Source: Candidatus Bipolaricaulota bacterium | GTDB taxonomy: Bacteria; Bipolaricaulota; Bipolaricaulia; UBA7950; UBA9294 | Assembly (NCBI GenBank): GCA_040752575.1 | Contig: JBFMGK010000003.1 | Location: 96,001-160,000 of the forward strand | Length of the DNA stretch: 64,000 bases | Direction of reading: 5' to 3' | In this document: positions 46,569 through 59,200 of the stretch, piece by piece | Layout of the letters: each line of letters begins with the position of its first letter | Numbering within the stretch: the stretch's first letter is position 1 | Notes under the pieces: generated by a model | What the model was told of the DNA's origin: nothing | Seen by the model: only the letters and a program-made list of their open reading frames with translations | Database searches by the model: none | Made by a program: the position numbers and the translations under genes

Positions 46569-47137
46569 AGAGTGACATCCGTCCAAGTTGGTTGCTGGGT
46601 CTCGTTGCCATGGCGCTGGCGATGGTCGTTCCGCTTGCCGTTCGCATCGCCCTGGGGCCGCCGGGAAAGGAGGTCGTGCGCGTCGACGCGAACGGCGAGA
46701 GCCGGCGCTTCACGCTGGCTGCTCTCGGGCGGCTGCCCGGCCTGACGCGGCAGGGCGAGGTCCAAAACCAGTTCGGAAACTGGCGCGATGCCGGGGTCTA
46801 TCGCGGACCCTTCGTGCGCGAGCTTGTCGCGGGCTTGCCGTACGACGAACTCCTCGTCGAGGCGCAGGATGGATACGCGGCAACGATCTCGCGCGAACGC
46901 GTCGAGGACGATGCCTATCCGATGATCCTCGCAACCTCGTGCGACGGCGTGAGCGTCCCCGAGTGGGAAGATGGACCGAGGATCGTCGTGCTCCCCGAGT
47001 CCGGACGCGTCAGCAACGCCGAGTACGGCGTTGTCTCCGCCGGCAGCACGTGGGTCAAGAACGTGGCCCGGATCGTGCCCCGTCGCCGGGGCACGGAGAT
47101 CCTCGACGACGAACCTCCCGCAGAAAGCGAGCCATGA
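46565..47137 (+). CDS. Membrane-anchored molybdopterin-oxidoreductase-like domain protein
   Basis: N-terminal TM; YRGPFVREL...EAQDGY...MILA...GPRIVV...WVKNVARI. Confidence 0.72.
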   Translation: MKSDIRPSWLLGLVAMALAMVVPLAVRIALGPPGKEVVRVDANGESRRFTLAALGRLPGLTRQGEVQNQFGNWRDAGVYRGPFVRELVAGLPYDELLVEAQDGYAATISRERVEDDAYPMILATSCDGVSVPEWEDGPRIVVLPESGRVSNAEYGVVSAGSTWVKNVARIVPRRRGTEILDDEPPAESEP

Positions 47138-47202
47138 TCGGCCGCGTTCCTGAGCGCGCCCCACGTCACCTCGCCGCGGCAAGAGGGAGTACCTCCACCA
47201 CC

Positions 47203-50200
47203 CTAGGGGGCTGCATGGCGGACGAAAGCCGGGGCCTCCGTGAGGCACGCCAGACCGACATGGTCGCGCCAGTACCCGAGGACGGGACGCAGATAGACCC
47301 GTTCGCCCAAGATGTCCACCCGCAGAAGCTCTGCGGCGAGTTGCGCGACACCTTCGCCATGACCGGAGGCGAGGATCTCGCCAAGTAGTTCGAAAGCCAG
47401 AGCAGCCTCTGCCGGCGTATAGCGCCAGCCGAGACGGGCAAAGTCCGAGAAGACGAGCCGCCCATCCGCAGCGCGTGCCGTCGCCGCGAAGGCCTCCCAT
47501 GCGGCAAGACCGGCACTCCGCAGCTCGACGTCCCCGAGAGCGCGGGCGGCGATGAGCAGGATCTCGACCCGCGCCGCGGCTTCCGCAATGCCGGCGGGTT
47601 CCAGGTTCAGAACGTTTCGAGCAATGGCGGCGAGGGCCGCCGCGGCTTCCGCGGACCTTTCCGTGGGCGTCAGCACGGCCTCGGCGAGGCCGCGAGCGAC
47701 AAGGACGACGTCGGTCAGACCGGCGAGCAGATCCGACTCGAGGGTCGCCGACACCGTGCCGTCGTCCAACACGTGGCGGCAGACGGCCGTCACGAAGCCG
47801 CCGGCCATCTCTCCCGCGTTGCGGCGCGCCGCGTCCGATGCACCTGCTGCCGTTGTGATCCGAGCCAGCCCGAACAGGATCGATGCCTGGTCTGCCGCAA
47901 GAACGCGCGGGTCACTCGTTGTGAAGTCAACTCCTTGCTCGGTCGCTACGATGCGCGTTCCGTGGACGAGCGAAGCCGTTCCATCTGCCGAGGTTGTCAG
48001 CGTCTGTCGCAGCCACTCGACCTGCCAATCGACGGCCGCCGAGACGTAGCTCTGGAGATAGGCCGCCAGGCCGTCGCCTCGCGGCGTCGCAAGGAAACCC
48101 GCCTCGCGGGCCAGCGTCCAGCCTAGGGCCGCGGGGCTCACGTCCTCCGCCCTGTCGACGAAACCGACGCCACGCTCGACGATCGGAACGCCCCCCGAAC
48201 TCGGCAGAACGATCGGAGCTCCAAACTCCGGCGGTGCAGGCAACCCCGCCTCTCTGGCGAGCGACGGGGCGTCGAAGAACGTCGTCTGCGCAAACTGACT
48301 CAGCGGAACACCAAGACCCGACTCGCCGAGCAGGACGCCCAAGTTCGCCAACGACGCGGCGGTCGCCTCGGCCGACGCTTCGCCGAGCCCGTCCAGGGTG
48401 ACGAGGTCGTCGAGCGCGACCGAAAGGCGCATGGCCTCGTGGGTTCGGTAGTCGACGGCGGCATCGCGGAGCGCACCGCCCCAGGCGTCGTCGGCCGTGC
48501 TCAGAGACACGTCGGCGCATGCTTGGCGGGGAGGAATCGGCTCGCCACGAGCGTCGATGGCCGACAGGGTCACGCAGTTGGTCAGCGTCTCGCCCAGAGG
48601 CCGATCCTCATCGATGCGTACTTCCAGAGTCCAGCGTTTGATCTCGCCGGCCTCGAGGGAGTCGTAGGTCCAGACGAGCGTCTGCCCGTCGACGGACACG
48701 GGAGCGGGCTCCGCCGAGAGCAGATGCACGCCCGGCGGCAGGACGTCCGTCACGAGGACGCTATAGAACGCTTCAGCCGTCGGGTTCTCTGCCTCCATCA
48801 CGTAGCGCACGATGTCGCCGGGCCGAGTCCACGCGACGCCCCGATACGGCGAAGCGGGTTCCACGCACGCCCGGCGGTCGAGAACGGGTGCCTTGAGGAG
48901 GGTCGAACCCTCTTGATCCTCGACGCGCGCGGGAAGCTGCAGATCCAGCGCGTCGAGCGTTCGCCCGACATGGCGACGAATGTGCGCGCGAATCCGATCC
49001 GCGTCGACCGGTTCCGCGAACCCCGCCGCCGAAGGGAGCGCCGTCAGCGCGAGGCCCAGCTCAAGCGGCGTGGCGCACCAGGACAACAGGTCGGGCGCCC
49101 CGGCGAAGGCCTCCGCCTCATGGTTCCAGAACCGATCGTCGAAGGCGAGAACTGCAGCACGAATCTCCGCCGACAAGTCCGCGAATCCGACGGAATGGGC
49201 GGCGAGCAACGACCGCAGCGCCCCAAGCTGCCCGCCCAAGGTCGGCGGCTCACAGACCGCACCCTCGACCGGAACGGCGTCCCAGCGCTCACGGTACACG
49301 CCTTGGCCCGTCCAGAGGTGCGAGAGGACGAAGGACGCGCCCTCTTCGAGGAGCTGGCGAGCGATCTCTGTGGATCGCGCGCCGGAGAACACGTCGAGCG
49401 TGCCCTCGAGGGCCTCGGCAACCAGGCCGAGACCCAGCGCTGAGACGCGATCGCCGGGGAGCCATGACGCGTTGCTGGGCGTCGCCGAGTCCGCGAGAAC
49501 GCGCTCCGTCCCTCGACGGTGTGCGGTCTCGAGGGTTGAGAGGGCCATCTGGGCAAGCGATGCGATCCGGCCCGGGAAGGCGAGCGGGTCCACGGGAATC
49601 TCGGCGAGAAGGGCCTGAGCTTCGGGGTCCGCTGTCAGGCGCGCAACCTCGCACAGGCCAAGGAGAACCGAAGCGTGGTCGAACAGCTGACTCGTACGGT
49701 CGACGGCTTCATACGTCGTCCTCCCGCCCGTCGTGCGCGCCGACGAGACATGCGGCAAATACGAAACCCCGTCCGGCCCAGGGACTTGCAGATCCTCCAG
49801 GGCGCTCACTTGAGCGGCGATGCCTGCGACGAGGGCACGCACGAGGGCTTCGTCCTCGGACGAGCGTTCGACGCTGGCGAGGATCTGAGAGGTCTCCTGC
49901 GCCTCTCGTAGGAGGGTCATTCCCAGAGCTGAGGGGACGATCCTCGTATCGAACGTCGCCGGATTCCAGGCGAGTCCCGTGACAGGTTCCCTCCCGATCA
50001 CGGGATCTCCGGCGAAGAACGGTATCAAGGTCGGACGGACTTCTGCGGTGGGCAACGACGCAGCGATCCGGCCGTCGAGCGACGTGAAGCCCTCGATGGC
50101 GTCAGACCCCAGGCCGAGGCCGGAGTGGAGGATCACCGCGACGAGATGGGCGTCGGCGTCGTCCTCGCGCCCGATCCCCGAGGCCTGAAGCGCATACGCT

Positions 50201-53200
50201 CCGAACATCCCGATGTCCGTCTGATACCAGGGGCTGTCGTCGAGTACGCGGAGGCCGCCGCATGCCGACTCGGATCCCGTCTCGACGAGACACAACCATC
50301 GCTGAAGGACCGGCGCGAAGTCCGCGCCCGCGTTCGCAGAGACTCCGAATAGGGTTCCGAAGCCGTCTCCTTGAACGATGCGCGCCCCGCTCTCCGTGAG
50401 CGCGTTGTCCAGTTGCAGCGCTCCGTCGTCGACCACGCTGCGGACGTACGCTGCCAGCCGGCCGAGAACCTGGGCGGCATCCTGCGCATCGCCGCCCTGC
50501 GCGAGACGGCGAAGCGCGCCGACCGCAAGACCCATGTCGAGGGCGGTTGTGCAGAACGTGCCACGGTCCAGGCGATACAGCCCAAACCCCAAGCTTCCGT
50601 CCCACGCATCGCGCTCGAGGGCGTCGTAGGCTTTCCATGCGGCCTCGACGTTGCCTGCGACGAGGGATCCGTAGATCCCGGCGAACTGCGACGCCAACGC
50701 GGTGAATACCCCGGCCGTGGTCGACGGCTCGACAAACGTTCCGTCGGACCGTTGGCGTTTCGCGAGGCATATCTCGGCAGCGTCGCGCAGTCGGGAAGCC
50801 ACATCGCCGTGAACGCCCGCGAGGTCCGCGGCCTCGTCCGTGGCGATCAGGAGCAGGGCGACATCGATGGTCGATGCGAGAAGGCGTTGGGGTTCAGCGT
50901 CGCTTGGCGAGCGGCCGTAGAACTCGCCGTCCGGAGCCGCATGATAGACGGCAATGGCCCGGGCGGCGCGATCCAGCACGGAAGCCGCCCCCGCTTCGAG
51001 CGAGGAAGCCAGCTCGCGTTCTCCGGCCGGCCAGTCGTTGGCCCCGCGTACCCAGGCGAGCGTTCGGGCGGCTCCCCAGATGAGCGCGACCTGATCGAAC
51101 AGGACGCTGGCATCGTCGAGGATCTCCAGCTCGCCTGTGGCCTCCCTCTCGCGAGCCTCGTGCGCCACGTGAGTCGTCGCGCCGTCGGTTGACGCAAGCA
51201 GAGCCCCTTCGAGGACCTGGAGCTTGTTCGCGAGGCCTTCAGCAAGCACCCAGCCTGTGTAACGATCGGCGGCATCTTGCGAGGTCACTCGCGCGGCTGC
51301 CGCTTGGGCACCGCTCAACAGGCCCATCCCGAGATTGCTTGCGACGATGCGGCGATCGATCTCGGTCCACTGCCCGCTAGCTCCCCACGTCGAATCGCGC
51401 GAGGCCTCAAAGACCGGCTCTCCGCCCGCGTACTCCAGGGCGATCCATCGTCCCGCGGGAGGGCTGTCGAACGTGGAGAGCCCGGCGGCAGCCGCCAGTT
51501 CAGCCAGTCGCTCCGCCAGAGCCGCTTCGAGCGAAATCCCGGCCGCCTCGGCGCGTGCCGCGATGCGCGGCGCGCGTTCCAGCGGAACTCCGATACTCGA
51601 TAGAACAGCTACCTGAAGAACGTTGTCCGTGGCCGCCTGTCCTAGGTCATGGGCAACGGTCCTCGTCCACGTCGGGAGTAGCGTGTCGGGGAAGCGGTCG
51701 TTCGTCCCGCTCTCGGCGGCGAACGACGCGAACTCCGACGCGGCGAACAGCGCGATGTCGGTCTGGAACCACACCGCCCCCGCTACAGCTTCGATCCCCA
51801 GGCATCCGCCGCTTCCCAACGTCTCGGCCGTCTTCCGCAAGACGGGCACCTCGACGACTCCGCCGGCGCCGTCGGCGAGCCAAGATCGGGCGATAACCGC
51901 CGCAGTGTCGGCGTCATCCGCGTCGACGTCGTCGGGAACGAGACTCCGCTGATCGGGGGCGATGACAGCACCGTCCGCGTCGCGACCGGTAGCCTGCAGA
52001 CGATTGACGTAGCGTCGGCCATCGACGACAGGTTGATCGACGACCGCATCCAGGTGAACGGTCAGAGCCTGCCCGATGGCCAGCGTTGCGTCGAGGTCGA
52101 AGAGCAAGCTGTCCCCCGCGTCGCTCGGCTCGGCGGAGAAGATGCGGTCGGGGGTCGTCACACGCGCCGAGCCCCGCACGTACGACATCTCCGGCGGCAA
52201 GCGATCGCTCACGTCGACCGAAAAGGCGGTCGCGGTGCCGACGTTTCGTACGACGAGCGCGAAGCGGACGGTATCACCGAGCTCCACGCGATCGTCTGCG
52301 ACGTTCCGGCCGTCTCGCAGCACGGCGCTGACGGACTTATGGGTCACCAGCGCGGGAACGTCGGCAGCGCCGAATAGGACGGCGTCATCTTGATCGTCCA
52401 GGTCCGTATCTGCGCGAACGCTCGCTGACGCGTTGGCCGGAATCGCGTTGTGGTCTCCGTCGAAGCCGTCCGCCGACATGCGGTTCTCGTACGCGGTCCC
52501 GGCCCGCGTCGGGCCGTTGACGCGTGCCTGGAAGCGCAGAGTAAGAACGTTGTCCGGCGCAAGGCGCGCGTCGAGCGGCCACCAGAGGCTGCTCGGCCCA
52601 CCCAGCGGGTCGGCGGTGGCCGTTCCCGTGCCGAGCGGCCATCGCGCGTCGGTCGTCCCGGAGACGTACGTGAACGGAGGCGGAAGAGCATCCCGGACGT
52701 CGACGTCATAGGCTGTGCCCAGTCCGACGTTCTGCACGACAAGCTCGAACGTGACCAGGTCTCCCTCTCGCACGGCGGCGGTCGCGCCGAGCCGGGTTCC
52801 GCCGCGCACGACGTCGAGAACGCGCTTCTCGGTTACCAGAGCTGGCTGTACAGCTTGGAGACTGGCCGAGCTCGCGTCATCGAGGTCGTCGTCCTCCGGA
52901 ACGGTGTCCCGCGCGTCGGCTGGAATGGCGGCCCCGGCTGCATCCTCGCCCGCGGCGAGCATGGTGTTCTCATAGCGCAGGCCCTGGCGAACGCGGTTCG
53001 ACACCTTGGCCTCGTACGACAACGTCAGAGCTTCTCCTGGCTCGAGCGCTGCCCCAAGAGACCAGGTCAGCGTGGGTCCGGGCGCGCCCGCCGGCGCGAC
53101 CGTCGAGGAACCCCTCGGCCACGCGGCGTTGGTCGGGCCGCGGTAGTCCAGCTCTTCGGGAAGGGTGTCCACGACCGAGACATTGAGCGCTGGACCGCTG

Positions 53201-56200
53201 CCCACGTTGCGGACGACGAGCGTGTACGCGACGACATCGCCCGGCTCGACGTTTTCCGACGACACGGGACGTGCGCCGCGGAGCACGCGATCGATCCGCT
53301 TTTCGGTGACCAGCGCGGGAGCGCCGACGCGAATCGTTGCAATTCCCGTGTCATCGGGGTCAGAGTCCTCAGCGTCGTCATCGTTGGTGTCGCCGAGCGC
53401 GGCGTTCGAGATAGGGATAGCAGTCCCGAATCCGTCCTCTCCGGTGGCCGTCGCCACGTTGGTCAGGCTCACGCCGGGAGGTGCCGAGAGCGTGACGCGG
53501 GCGGCGAACTCCACCGTCAGCGTTTCTCCGCCGGCGACCGTCGCGTCAAGGGAGGTCGAGAACCCTCCCGCGCCGTCCGCCAGGCCGAGGCTTCCGCCGG
53601 CGACCGGCGCGCTCACGGAGTAGGTCCCCGAACCTTGCGGCCCGGACGTATCCACGACAATTCCCGTGGGCAGGTCGTCCTCCAGCTCCACAGCGTAGGC
53701 CGTCCCCTCTCCGACGTTGCGAACCACGATGCGGTAGATGATGAGGTCGCCGTACAAGAGGGGGTCGACGACCCCGATCGAGGATCCGCCGCGTCGCACG
53801 TCGACGACCCGCTTGTCCACCGACAGAGCGGGTTCCGCGACGTCAATGGAGGCGATCCCCGTATCATCAGCGTCCGGATCTTCGGCGTCGTCGTCGCTCA
53901 GGTCGCCCGCCGCCGCATTCGAGGCGGCAGTGGCCGCTCCCAGATTGTCGACTCCGTTCGCCTGCGCCACGTTGACCAGCGCGATCCCCTGAACCGCCGC
54001 GCTCGTGACGCGCGCGGTGTAGTCCGCCGTCAGCGTTCCCCCTCCGGCGAGCGCGGCGCCGACCGCCGCCGTGAACGACGTTAGGCCGCTTGTCAGGCCG
54101 AGGGAGCCGGAACTGGCCGGGGCACTCACCGTGTACGTTCCCGCCGACCCCGGTGCCGCAGTCTCCGTCAGGAGACCTGTCGGGAGGGTGTCGGAAATGC
54201 TGACGGCGTAGGCTGTTCCCTCTCCCACGTTCCGGACCACGAAGCGATAGACGATGAGGTCGCCGGGCTCGACGGGGCCGGACGTTCCGACACTGCTGCC
54301 GCCTCTCAAGACGTCCGCGATGGTCTTGTTGACCTTGAGTGCCGGACGATCGGCTTCGATCGTGACGCTCGCGCTGCCGGCCGGAATATCCCTGCCGCTC
54401 CCTTCCTGTCCATCTCCCGTGACGATATTCGTCAAGATGTCGCCTTGTTCGAGCGTGCTCTGCGCGATCGCGCAGTAGCGGAGGGTCAGCGACGCGCCGA
54501 CGGCGAGCGTGGCGTGAAGGGAGGTCGTGAAGGTGGAGCCGCCCGCAGGAACGGGGAACGTCCCGCTGCCGCCGGCCGACAACGTGTACTCGCCGTTATG
54601 TCCGGGCGCCGCCGTGTGGTAGACAAGGCCGTCGGGCAGAGTGTCGGCGAGGTCCACGTGGAAGGCGATGGCCGCTCCGTTGTTGGTGATCGTCGCCATG
54701 TACTCGACCACATCCCCCGACTCGACGGTGGAGGTCGGCCAGATGCTCGCTCCGCTTCGCCAGACGTTGGTGATCGACTTCGCGGTCGTGAGTGCCGGAC
54801 ATGTGCACAGGGCTGCGGCGATCGAGGCTTCGTTGTCTGCCTCGGAACACTCGCAGATTACGCCCGCCTCATCTGCCACCACCCGGATCGCGTGCGGCGT
54901 CGCGCAGAGCAGGGGCGGCGTCGTGTAGCTCAAGGAGTAGGTTGCGCCTGCGTCGATGGACTGCGTCTCCTCATGGACGCGTGTCCCATCCGCGTACACG
55001 CGGATCGAAACGCCGGTTGCCGTCTGCCCGCCGGTGTTTCGGATGCTTGCCGTCACGGTGAACGTATCGTCGAGATTGCAGACGGCGCCAACGTTCGACA
55101 CCGCGAGATCCGGGGCGCTCACCGAGAAGGTCGTCGAGGCGGTGTTGTTCGCGCCCGTGCATTCACAGACGGCATTCGCCGGATCGGCCGTCGCCGTCAC
55201 GGCGTAGCCCGAGCCACATCCGACAGGGGCGGCGAAGGGAACCGTGATGGTTTCGCTCTCTCCCGCTGCAAGGGCGACCGTGGTTGACGCCTGTCCCGTT
55301 GCGGCGCCCGTGATCCCCACGACGACGCCCGACGGCGCGATGCCGCAGCCGGAGTTCCGCACGGTGACCTGGGCGGATCCCGGCAAACACGGGTTCGGCG
55401 CGCTCGCAGTGAATGTCGTGATCACGAGGTCGGGAAGCGGCGACGTGTAGACTGCCGTTCCGGTGTTGTTCGTGCCCGTGCACTCGCAGACCTCGTTCCC
55501 GGTGTCCACCGTGGCCGTGAACGTGCAATCACACGTTGCGCAGCCGCTCCACGCTCCGGCGACCGGGAACTGCACGACGACGCTCGCTCCGGCTGCAAGG
55601 CTCGTCACGCGCTGGCTCGCGAACGCGAGGCAGCCGCTTGTCGCGAGGCCGACGTCGAACGCCCCCGCGGATCCGCAGCCTGTGTTGGTCACCGTGACGG
55701 CGGCGAGTCCCGAAATCGTGTCGCCTGTGCAGCCTAGACCTGCAAAGTCGATCCCGCTCGCGATGAGATCGGGGAAGGCGACGGGCAGAGCCGTCGCGCA
55801 GAACGTGTTGTTCGTCCCGCTGCACTCGCAGAGCGTATTCGAGTCATCCGCCTCGATCTGGACGGAGATCTCGCACGGCGAGCAAGCGTTGGCCGTCGTG
55901 GTTCGGTCGACGGCGAAGGCCTGCGTTCCACCTCCGGCGGCGAGGCTGACGCCCGTGAACGTCTGAGTCCACTGATCGAGCACGGTTCCGCCACAGCTTG
56001 CTCCCGCGAACACCGTGAACCGCATCGGGATGTTCGTCGTGAGGGAGCTTGCGCCGCAGCCCTGGTTGCGCAGAGTGACACTCCCTTGGATGCGCAGTTG
56101 CCCGTCTCCCGCGCAGGACGGAGCCAGCGTGCTCGCGTGCACGACGACATCGGGAATCGTCGGCGTGTAGACAAGGGACGCGATGTTGTTGTTCTCACGG

Positions 56201-59200
56201 CACTCACAAACAAGCCCGCCCGTGTCGAGGGTAGCGGCAAACGTGTAGCTGCAGGACGAGCATGCGATGGGCCATCCAGATAGGGTCAGGACTTGACTTC
56301 CTCCAGCGGCGAGAGGCAGCGTGCCCCCCAAGCTCGTGAACGTTCCGCTTCCCGTCCATCCGGTCGTCGACTCGGAGAAGCTGATCGTGAAATCGCTCGA
56401 TATAGCGGCTGTCCCCGCGTTGCGAACCGTGAGGAGGAGGCGCCCGTCGGAAATCCCGTCGCTCTCGCACGTGAACTGCGGGCTGATGTCCGAGGCGGAG
56501 ATCGAGAGGTCGGGTACCGTGACCGTGGCCGTCCTCGTGACCGAACCTCCGCTTGACGTACAGAGGTACTCCGCGGTGGTGTTCGGATCGCCGTCAAGAG
56601 CGGCAAGCGTACATCCCCACGTCGTCACAGCCGTACCCGTGCGACGCGATGCGGTGCAGTTGTCCGGCGGGGGCGCGAGTCGGACCCCCAGTTGGACCGA
56701 CTGCGAGCCGCCGGGCGCTAACGGGCCGATCTCCCAGCCCCACTGCTGGGGATTCGCCCCGATCTGTGTGCCGCCGGAGACGCGCACCAGATCTGCGCCG
56801 AGGGTGTCGATGATCCTGACGAACTCCGCGATGGAAGCTCCCGTGTTGGTCACCGTGATCGTCCACGTGACGGTGCTGCCGGGATTCGCGCAGTCCAGGA
56901 CCGTGGTGGACGGCGTCTTCGTGACCGAGAGCGTGGGAGGAGCCGCCGTGAGGGTGACCGTCGACGTCGTATGAACCTGAGTTTCGCTGCAGCAGTCGTA
57001 CGCGTACGTGTCGATCGTCGCCGACGCCGTCGTCCGATAGCAGGCGGCACTCACGCCGAAGCGCACGGCGACCTCGCCGCCAGGGGGAATCGTCGAGCAA
57101 AGGTCGTTCCCCGGCCCCGAGGCGGACGTGCTGTACCACGTCAGCACTTGGCCAGCCTGGACCGGGTTCGCCGCCGGCGCAAAGCCGCTCCCGCAGTCGA
57201 TCTCCGTCGAACCGGCGAGATAGGCCAGCCCCGCGGGGAGCGTGATCTTCACGTCGGGCGAATACGCCGGCGCCGAGGTGCTGTTGTTCGTCAGCGTCAA
57301 CGTCAGCGTGGCCTCGTCTGCGCACGCGCCGATGGACGTGGGCGACAGCGTCCCCGCCGAGGAGAGCGATATCGTGCGCGTCGCCGTGGCCGACCCCGAG
57401 GCGTACGACGACGAGAGACACGACGGGGCCGAAGCGCTGCTCCCATCACCTCCGCAGGCCCAATAGGCGCGCACCGAGTTGGACAGCGGGCCGCAGCTCG
57501 CGGAGGCTGCGGTGACGGTGAGCGTCTCCGTCTCTCCGACCCCCAGGTCGGCGATCTCCCAGGTGACGTCTTGTCCCGAGCCGTGACCGCCGTCGACACC
57601 GCCCGTCGACGACGCGTACGTGACTCCGGCACCCAGTGTCGCTTCGACCCACACGACGGAGGCGACGGCCGGTCCGCCGTTGCTCACGCGAATCTGCCAC
57701 GTGACAGTGCCGTCGCACGCGATCGGTTGCCCGGGAGCCGGCGAGGTCTGCGTCACGGTCAACGAAAGAGAGGGCTTCCTCGTGGCGATCGTGAAGGATC
57801 CGATGCCCGAAAGGAAGACCTGGCCACATGGGTTCTCATAGCTCGAACGGGCCTGGAGCGTTCCCCCGTTGAACCCGCAGTCGGCGGCGACGTCGAACCG
57901 GATCTCGACCGTCGTCCCCGCTGCGACGGCTGCCAGCGCAGGAACTTGAGCCCCATCCCACGTCAGCGTGGGGCCGGGTGCCCCGTTTGGCGCGGCCGCC
58001 GGATTCCACGGACCGCCGCTGACCCTGTATTCGGCATTGCCGAGATACGACAGACCGGTCGGCAGGGTGGCGGTTGCGACCAGATCGTACGCGGTCGCGA
58101 TCCCCGAACTGCGCAGGGTGATCGTGGCCTTGTCGACGGCGCACGCGTCGAGCGGCGTGGGCGCGAGCGACGTGGCGACGACGCTCGCCGGGGCGACCAG
58201 CACGTAGGAGCTGTCAGATCTCTCCGGCTGGCACGACGCGCCCCCGCACCCCCAACCGACGGTCGCTGCATGCGTCAAGTTTGAGCAGGACACGAGGTCG
58301 GCCGTGAACTGGATGACGGGACGCTCGCCCGGCTCAATCCGTTCGAACAGGAACGATGCGCCGTTGATCGCCCCGCCGGAGTGATCTTGGTTCGGCTGCG
58401 TGGTCAGGGCGCCCGAGTAGCCGGACGCGGACGACGACGCGTAAGCAAGCCCGCTTCCGAGGAGGTCATCGACGTAGACGTTGTAGGCCGTGCCGTTGGA
58501 GCTGTTGTAGAGCTCGATTCTCCACGTCACCGACCGCTGGGTTGTGTACACGGCCTCGGGCGTCATCGTGATGTAGACGTCGCCCGAGAGCCGCAGCGAT
58601 GCCGCGTCGGAGCCCGACACGGAGCACGTATCGTCGTAGCCATCGTCGTCGGTGCAGAGATCGTCGTACGTCCCCACGGCAGATAGCGCGGCGAGCGGAC
58701 CGCCGCACTTCGTGGTCACGGGGACCGTCAGGCTGGCGCTTGAGCCCGGCGTGGAAAAGCCGTCGGCGAATCGCCACTCGACGGTGTTGGCGCCGACGAT
58801 CGGTGGCTCGCTCGGCGCCACCCCCGACCCCGTGGCGCCGGCGAAGTCCGCGAGCACGCCCGCGGTCCCCGTGAGGACCAATCGGGCGTCGTAGGGGACG
58901 GCAACGGATGATGTTCGTGCGAAGCTGATCGTCACGGGGTACGTCGCGCAGTCCTCTTGGATCGTCGGAACCCCCGAGACCGAGACGCTCATCGCCGGCG
59001 GCTGCAGGGTGAGTTGCACCGTGTCGTAGAACAGCGTGCACGGCCCGACCGAGGGGATCTCGTGGCTCATCCACACGTAGAACGACGAGCTTGCGCCGCA
59101 CGTCGGCGTGCTGGTCGATGTGGCTTGCAGGTCGTAGGTGAACGTCAGCGTGTGTCCGCGCACCGAACGGGTGTCCATGACGCGGAACTCCACCGACGTC

